The position numbers and the translations under genes are program-made. A stretch of DNA of 64,000 nucleotides from NCBI GenBank assembly GCA_965222075.1, contig OZ244937.1, positions 2,464,001 to 2,528,000 on the forward strand, written 5' to 3'. This document shows positions 58,217-64,000 of the stretch, in pieces (position 1 is the first letter of the stretch; each line of letters begins with the position of its first letter). Source of the stretch: Candidatus Latescibacterota bacterium. Its GTDB lineage: Bacteria; Latescibacterota; UBA2968; GCA-2709665. Under the pieces are notes generated by a model. The model saw only the letters and a list, made by a program, of their open reading frames with translations, was not told where the DNA came from and searched no databases.

Positions 58217-58942
58217 TTACCCGCCCCGTCCCCCGCGGTCATTGACGCGTACGATCACGGTGTCCGGACCGCTGGTCAACGCACCTGTGGCGTCCACTAT
58301 GTCATCCCTCACCCGGAGCACAAACACGTAGTCTGCCGGTGCAACCGCCCGAAAAGATGGCGTCTCGCTTTCTCTGGGCTGAATGGTCACCCCGGGTCCT
58401 CTCGCCTGCAGCCAGAGATAGCGCAACTCGTCCCTATCCGGGTCGCTGCTGCCCGATCCGTCCAGCATAACCCGCAGCGTATCGTTATACGCCAGCACCC
58501 GGTCCTCCCCCGCATCGGCCAGCGGAGGCTCCTGCGTGACGGTAATCCGCACAGAAGAGGTCGCGCGTTCCCCAGACTTCCCATCGCTCACCTCCACGGT
58601 AAGATCGTACATCCCCACTTCGCTGGGGGCCTTCCAGACGACCGTAACCGAATCCTGAAACAGGTCCACCAGGGTATCCCGCCCGCTCTTTTTGAACGTG
58701 CCCCCCGAGGCAACCCAGAGAAAATCGAGTTCATCGTTGTCGGGATCTGCCGTCAGGAGGGTCACCTGGATCTGATGCCCCCGACCAACGGATGCAAGCG
58801 AGTCCCTATCGGTGCGGATACCCACAATTTGGGGTTCTTTCTGCCGGTCCAGAAGGCTGCAGCCAGCCAGCCAGACCACGCAGCTCAAAAGCACCATCCA
58901 GCGCACAGGACGCTCACAAAATTTCGCGGTTTTCAAAACCAT
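58217..58942 (-). CDS. Lipoprotein with PKD/Ig-like domains
   Basis: LAGC lipobox; ADAGED, LDGSGSSDPD. Confidence 0.75.
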   Translation of the reverse strand: MVLKTAKFCERPVRWMVLLSCVVWLAGCSLLDRQKEPQIVGIRTDRDSLASVGRGHQIQVTLLTADPDNDELDFLWVASGGTFKKSGRDTLVDLFQDSVTVVWKAPSEVGMYDLTVEVSDGKSGERATSSVRITVTQEPPLADAGEDRVLAYNDTLRVMLDGSGSSDPDRDELRYLWLQARGPGVTIQPRESETPSFRAVAPADYVFVLRVRDDIVDATGALTSGPDTVIVRVNDRGGRGG

Positions 58943-59128
58943 AAAGGCTATTGACGAAATAGTCCACCCCCGCTATCCCCCCTTCCACACCCCAAAGAAA
59001 TCCCTTGGCCAGATCCTGTAAACGGCTTTTATTCTGACTACTTAACGGCCCATCGGGTTCCACATTCAAACCGTATATTTCCGAATAAAGGCGCTTTATC
59101 AATCCGCATTCCGAAATCCGAAATCCGT

Positions 59129-59767
59129 TCACTCTCCTTCTTGCAGCAACCTCCTCACATCCGGTAAAAGCCTGCCTGCCAACTCGGCATCGGTCCCATC
59201 GTAGTAGGCGCGGACCTGCCCCTTTCGATCGACCAGCGCAAATCGAAGACTGTGCATAATCTGGTCGGTTCCCTCCTCCGGCTCGTCTCCGACCGCCACG
59301 CGGAATCCTTCCCGGATCAGCCTGTACACCGCCGGTTTTTCCCCCGTAATAAAAAGCCACCGGTCCCGGTCCGCCCCGTACCGGAACGCATAGTCGGAAA
59401 GCAACCGGGGGGTATCCCGTTCCGGATCCACCGTAATTGAAACCAGGCGAACGTCGGGCATCTCGCTCAAGGGGTCCTGAAGCGCGCCCATTTGGGCAGA
59501 AAGCAGCGGGCAGGGCCCAGCGCAGTGAGTGAAAATAAAATCGGCAATCCAGACCTTCCCGGCCAGGTCGGCAAGCGCGATCGGTCTGCCGCTGCGTTCC
59601 ACCAGAGAAAATTCCGGAACCTGTCCCAGCACCGGCAGGGCCTGCCCCTTCCGGGCCTGCAGCCCTTTCACCTCACGCCAGAAGAGCAACCCGCCCACCG
59701 TACCCATCAGCAGAACGGCCAGCACGATGCACAAAAAGACGTATCGCATCGGTCTTGGAAAGCTCAT
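59129..59767 (-). CDS. SCO-family copper chaperone
   Basis: FIFTHCAGPCP, ITVDPERDTP, HS..FALVD. Confidence 0.9.
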   Translation of the reverse strand: MSFPRPMRYVFLCIVLAVLLMGTVGGLLFWREVKGLQARKGQALPVLGQVPEFSLVERSGRPIALADLAGKVWIADFIFTHCAGPCPLLSAQMGALQDPLSEMPDVRLVSITVDPERDTPRLLSDYAFRYGADRDRWLFITGEKPAVYRLIREGFRVAVGDEPEEGTDQIMHSLRFALVDRKGQVRAYYDGTDAELAGRLLPDVRRLLQEGE

Positions 59768-60588
59768 CGTCCTCTTCCTCGCTCCCTGCCCACCACAACG
59801 ACCGAAATCCCCAACATCACCAGAGCGAAAAGGGCCGTAATCGTCACACAAATCCCCAGCGGAGGAAGGTCGCCCACCGCAAAGGGAGCCTCCATATAAA
59901 GCACACGCCGCAGACTGGTCATCCCGTAAGTCAGCGGATTAACCCGCATCATCCAGCCCAGCCAGGCAGGCACCCCCCACGGCGGAAAGAATGCCCCCGA
60001 AAGCAGCCACATAGGCAGCAGAAAAAGGTTCATAATGGCATGAAAACCCGCCGTCGACTCCATCCGCCATGCAATCGCAAACCCCAGGCCTGTCAACCCC
60101 AGCGCAATCAGAAAAAGCAGCCCCACGGTCGAAACCAGCGCCTGGGCACTCAACGGAATCCCCAACCGAAACGCAAAAATCAGGAAAAGCAGTCCCTCCA
60201 GTACGGCCATGGTCGTCCCTCCCAGGACCTTGCCCAAAACGAGGCTTGTCCGGGGAATCGGAGCCACTAAGACCGACTGCATAAACCCCTCCCTGCGGTC
60301 CTCCACCACAGAGATCGTCGAAAAAATCGCTGTAAAAAGGAGGATCAACATCAGGGTGCCCGGATAAATATACTCCAGATAGCTCATCCCCTGCGAATAA
60401 CCCGCCGGTAGAAAGGAAGCATCCAGACCCGAACCGACCAGCAGCCAGAAGAGCAAAGGCTGCCCAATCGCCCCGAACAGCCGCTGCCGGTCCCGCACAA
60501 ACCGCACCAGCTCCCGTTTCCAGAGGGTATACACAGGCAAGAAAAAAGCCGATTTTACATTTTGCAATTTTAAATCTTCAATCTTCAA
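59764..60588 (-). CDS. ABC-2 type transporter permease
   Basis: DRREGF..VLVAP..R...LGK, LSGAFFP, NPLTY. Confidence 0.9.
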   Translation of the reverse strand: MKIEDLKLQNVKSAFFLPVYTLWKRELVRFVRDRQRLFGAIGQPLLFWLLVGSGLDASFLPAGYSQGMSYLEYIYPGTLMLILLFTAIFSTISVVEDRREGFMQSVLVAPIPRTSLVLGKVLGGTTMAVLEGLLFLIFAFRLGIPLSAQALVSTVGLLFLIALGLTGLGFAIAWRMESTAGFHAIMNLFLLPMWLLSGAFFPPWGVPAWLGWMMRVNPLTYGMTSLRRVLYMEAPFAVGDLPPLGICVTITALFALVMLGISVVVVGRERGRGR

Positions 60589-61520
60589 TTTCCTTCTGTC
60601 CGAAACCGGTGTCCGGTCCGCTGAATGAACACATCCTCCAGCGTCGGCCTTCCCAGGGTAATCGAATCAATCCGCTCCCGGAAGGACGAGCAAAGGCGCT
60701 CCATCAGGGCCTGCCCCTCGTCACACTTGATTCTCAGCATGCCGTCTAAAAGCGTGGGCCCCTCTCCAAACTGCGCCGCAATATCGTCCCGCAACCCCGC
60801 AGAATCGTCCGACGCAATCACAATCACATCCTTTCCCACCGCCTGCTTGAGCCCTGCTGGTGTCCCCAGCGCCACCAACCGCCCCCGGTCCAGGATGCCC
60901 ACCCGGTCGCACCGTTCGGCCTCCTCCATAAAATGGGTAGTCAACACCAGCGTCACGCCATCCCTTCTCCTCAGGGCCTCCAGATCGTTCCAGAACGCCC
61001 GCCGCGCCCCCGGATCCAAGCCGGTTGACGGCTCGTCAAAAATCAGCAGCGCCGGCCTGTGCAAAAGCCCTTTGGCCAGGTCCACACGCCGCTTGAGGCC
61101 CCCCGAGAGGACCTCCACCCGGTCCCCAACTCGGTCGAGCAGACGGACCAGGTTGAGTACCTCTTCAATTCGCCGGGCCAACCCCTGCCCCCGCAATCCG
61201 TAGAGGTGTCCCTGGTGGCGCAGGTTTTCGAAAATCGTCAGCTTCGGATCTACACTCGGGCTTTGAAACACAACGCCTATACACAACCGGATCTTCGTCG
61301 CCTCTGCCACAGGGTCCATCCCCAGCACCCGGACCTCCCCAAGGGTGGGAGAAAGCAGCGTACACAAAATGTGAAACAGGGTGGTCTTCCCCCCCCCGTT
61401 GGGGCCCAGCAACCCGAAGATCTCCCCCTCTTCAATCGCCAGGTCAATCCCATCTAAGGCCCGTCGATCTCCATAATCGTGACAGAGCCCCCTAACCTGT
61501 ATGGCAAAGGCACGGTCCAC
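60585..61520 (-). CDS. ABC transporter ATP-binding protein
   Basis: GPNGGGKTT, LSGGLKRR, DEPSTGLD. Confidence 0.93.
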   Translation of the reverse strand: MDRAFAIQVRGLCHDYGDRRALDGIDLAIEEGEIFGLLGPNGGGKTTLFHILCTLLSPTLGEVRVLGMDPVAEATKIRLCIGVVFQSPSVDPKLTIFENLRHQGHLYGLRGQGLARRIEEVLNLVRLLDRVGDRVEVLSGGLKRRVDLAKGLLHRPALLIFDEPSTGLDPGARRAFWNDLEALRRRDGVTLVLTTHFMEEAERCDRVGILDRGRLVALGTPAGLKQAVGKDVIVIASDDSAGLRDDIAAQFGEGPTLLDGMLRIKCDEGQALMERLCSSFRERIDSITLGRPTLEDVFIQRTGHRFRTEGN

Positions 61521-61624
61521 GCAAGCGTCCTTCCATCACAAAGTGAGACAACATAAAGATAAGGTGATAGGGTCCGGGGGCACCTATCACCTCCTGGCGG
61601 ATCGAAAGAACCACTTGAACCATC

Positions 61625-62530
61625 CTACAGTACGATCTTATCCAGAACCATCATCACCCAGAGGGTAGGCAAATAAACCAGTGTGGCTCGCAACAGGCGT
61701 CTGGCATCATGCTCGGTTCGGTACCTGGCAAAAGAAAAACTAAACCGCAGCAGCCCCAGGCCCAGCACAACCGCCGCAATAAAATAAACCGTCCCACTTA
61801 CCCACACCAGGGCGGGCAGCAGACTAAAAGGTAAAAGAACCAGGCTGTAGAGAACGACCTGTTGTGAGATGCGATCCCCCCCGGAGTCCTCCACCGAAAT
61901 CATCCGGTGTCCCCCCCGCACATAGTCCTCCCGATAAATCCAGGCAATGGAGAAAAAATGGGGAAACTGCCAGAGGAACATAATCGCAAACAGCACCCAC
62001 GCCTCGGCCCCGACTTCTCCCCGCGCGGCTGCCCACCCGCCAACCGGCGGCAGCGCCCCTGCAATAGCTCCCACGGCCGTGTTGTGCGCCGTTTTCTGTT
62101 TGAGCGGCGTGTACAGGAAAAGATAGATCCCCGACGTCAACCCCGCCAGAATGCCGGCCAGCCAGTTGACCACCATCCCCAGATAAAGAATCCCCAGCGC
62201 CGAAAGCAACAGCCCAAAAACATAGGCCTCCTCCGGCTGCAGCCGCCCCGCTGGCAACGGCCGGTTCTTCGTTCGTCTCATCCGAGCGTCTAAGTCCCGT
62301 TCGAGAAACTGGTTCAGCACCGCCGCCCCGCCAGCGATCACCAGCGTAGCCAGGACCGTATGCAACAACCGGGCAAGATCAAGTGAACCGGTGGCCCCCA
62401 GGACGAATCCCACCGCCGTGCTCAACGCGACAAACAGGGTAATCCGGGGTTTGGTCAAGGCCATATAGTCCGACACCCGTGTCCAGGTGAGGGACAAATT
62501 CGCTTCCCCGATGTCGGCCTGCGGCTTCAT
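61625..62530 (-). CDS. cyoE: Protoheme IX farnesyltransferase
   Basis: LTKPRI, D..MRRT..RPLP.G, YTPLK, WQFPHF. Confidence 0.93.
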   Translation of the reverse strand: MKPQADIGEANLSLTWTRVSDYMALTKPRITLFVALSTAVGFVLGATGSLDLARLLHTVLATLVIAGGAAVLNQFLERDLDARMRRTKNRPLPAGRLQPEEAYVFGLLLSALGILYLGMVVNWLAGILAGLTSGIYLFLYTPLKQKTAHNTAVGAIAGALPPVGGWAAARGEVGAEAWVLFAIMFLWQFPHFFSIAWIYREDYVRGGHRMISVEDSGGDRISQQVVLYSLVLLPFSLLPALVWVSGTVYFIAAVVLGLGLLRFSFSFARYRTEHDARRLLRATLVYLPTLWVMMVLDKIVL

Positions 62531-63612
62531 AAAGCAGGTTCTCCGGAAAGGCGAGACGGAACGTGAACGCCCGCACCTTTGGGTGCGGTCATCCGCCAGC
62601 TTCGCAGGGTCAAAACCAGGCTCAATGCCAGAATAGACGCCCCTACAACCACGTGGAACGTCGTCACGGAAACCCTTTTCTCCGTCCAGATCACCAGCGC
62701 CCCCAAAACAATCTGCAGGCTGACCAGCCCCAGCATCAAAAGCGCGGGACGGACGAGTTCCCCTCGACCCTGGTATAGCCGTAGAATGTGTACCGCCGCC
62801 CACACCACTGCGACCAGCACGACCACGGCCCAGGCTCGATGGGCAAAATGGATGAGCACACGGGTTCGAAACGTCTCGGGAGAAATGGGAAAAGGCACGT
62901 TTGGATCAACCGACAGAGAAGAAAGGGGTGGAACGAGATGACCGAAAGAAAGGGGGAAATCGGGAATGGCCAGCCCCGCTTCCGTATGCCGCATCAGGGC
63001 ACCCAGAACAAGCTGTACGTAGATCACGCCCGTGGTGATCACGGCCAGCCCTTTCAGTGGAATCCCACCCCTTTCGACCAGAAGCATCGAAGGTTGCCGC
63101 CAGCGGGGGGACGTGAACAGGGCAATCCCAACGATAAGACAAAAAAAGGTCTGAGCCAAACACGCATGGGCCACCGAAATCGGGGTCGGCAGGAGGTAAA
63201 GCACCGTGATCCCTCCCAGCACCCCCTGCAGCACAACAGCGACAAAGGCCGCAATGCCCAAGTACCGCAGCCACCGCCGAGGCTCCTGCTTCCAGAGCCA
63301 GATGGCCAGAACCGTCGTCAAAAAACCGACGAAAGTGGCGACCATCCGGTGGCCGTGCTCGTAGAAGATGCCGCCTATCATCGGCGGGAAAATCATCCCG
63401 TAAGACAGCGGCCAGTCCGGCACTGCCAGCCCCGAACCCGTGCTGGTCACCAGCCCCCCCGCAAAAATTAAAAAGAGGGTCGCCCCCGCCGTAAACACCG
63501 CAAACCGGTGCAGCCAGCGATCCCCCCCCGTCATCTCAACCGGGTGTCCCTGCATCCTGCTAACGCTCTGCATCTGCCACAAGGTGCTTTCCGTTATTTC
63601 GGGGGAACGCAA
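62527..63612 (-). CDS. ctaA: Heme A synthase COX15/CtaA
   Basis: GSGLAVPDWP, EHGHR, HFAHR; start uncertain (63534-63612). Confidence 0.85.
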   Translation of the reverse strand: MRSPEITESTLWQMQSVSRMQGHPVEMTGGDRWLHRFAVFTAGATLFLIFAGGLVTSTGSGLAVPDWPLSYGMIFPPMIGGIFYEHGHRMVATFVGFLTTVLAIWLWKQEPRRWLRYLGIAAFVAVVLQGVLGGITVLYLLPTPISVAHACLAQTFFCLIVGIALFTSPRWRQPSMLLVERGGIPLKGLAVITTGVIYVQLVLGALMRHTEAGLAIPDFPLSFGHLVPPLSSLSVDPNVPFPISPETFRTRVLIHFAHRAWAVVVLVAVVWAAVHILRLYQGRGELVRPALLMLGLVSLQIVLGALVIWTEKRVSVTTFHVVVGASILALSLVLTLRSWRMTAPKGAGVHVPSRLSGEPAL

Positions 63613-63625
63613 CCTGGAAATGCGC

Positions 63626-63883
63626 TTACAAGGACGCCATCTCCTCTGGGGTAACCCGCTTGAGCAAGCGCGCCCTCCGGATCCAGAACAGCGTCACCCC
63701 CACAATCGCCCCCAACACCGTGACGACAACCCCCAGCAGAATAAGAATACCCGCATTGGCCCCCTTCACCATGTCCGAATTCGGATCGCCAAAACAGACG
63801 GCGCAGGCCAGCAGGGCTTCAGAACCAAACAGAATGACCCCAAAAGCCAGCAGGGCCGAACAGAATCGGAAAACGCCGTTCAC
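63626..63883 (-). CDS. Small membrane protein with CxxC, oxidase-biogenesis associated
   Basis: ACAVCFGDP followed by TM helix. Confidence 0.6.
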   Translation of the reverse strand: MNGVFRFCSALLAFGVILFGSEALLACAVCFGDPNSDMVKGANAGILILLGVVVTVLGAIVGVTLFWIRRARLLKRVTPEEMASL

Positions 63884-64000
63884 AGGTAGCTTACCCCTTT
63901 GAGTTTTTTCAAGAACCAGATCCCATACCAGATCAGCACCCCACACCCGACAAACGCCACCAGCCCCATGGTCAGGTTCACCCCATTCCCGGATACAAAA
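63880..64000 (-). CDS. 3' end of small membrane protein (partial)
   Basis: ...GLVAFVGCGVLIWYGIWFLKKLKGVSYL*, stop overlaps next GTG. Confidence 0.55.
   Translation of the reverse strand, partial: FVSGNGVNLTMGLVAFVGCGVLIWYGIWFLKKLKGVSYL

Overview
High-GC bacterial chromosomal window. A Latescibacterota/FCB-like, probably sponge-associated lineage is inferred from paired EF-hand/dockerin-like and eukaryote-like LRR surface proteins. The housekeeping backbone includes aminotransferases, accA, rpsT, a CysO/Mec/CysM-type sulfur-assimilation cluster, tRNA-Lys, ppdK, parAB, ftsY, iscS-mrp-moeZ, groESL with CIRCE, sodN, purF, a family-B DNA polymerase and heme A/O-SCO biogenesis genes. Two accessory islands interrupt it. 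Island 1 (3389-11609) is bounded by a perfect 28-bp direct repeat and carries TA/IS debris plus two secreted EF-hand proteins, one a frameshifted LRR-metallopeptidase. Island 2 (~26.9-44.8 kb) is bounded by near-identical terminators and carries integron-like cassettes and a type I-G (I-U) CRISPR-Cas locus with 50 repeats. The locus has three oddities. (1) Cas3 has an in-frame loss of the Q-motif/Walker A segment but keeps its HD nuclease. (2) An orphan Phd antitoxin, whose PIN toxin is almost entirely deleted, sits inside the operon, and its promoter/operator is duplicated (28/30 nt) at the head of the interference module, suggesting an antitoxin domesticated as a cas regulator. (3) A 27-30-bp palindromic mini-element is inserted in two CRISPR repeats and in frame within cas4-cas1. 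All calls come from reading the sequence and ORF track; no searches were run.
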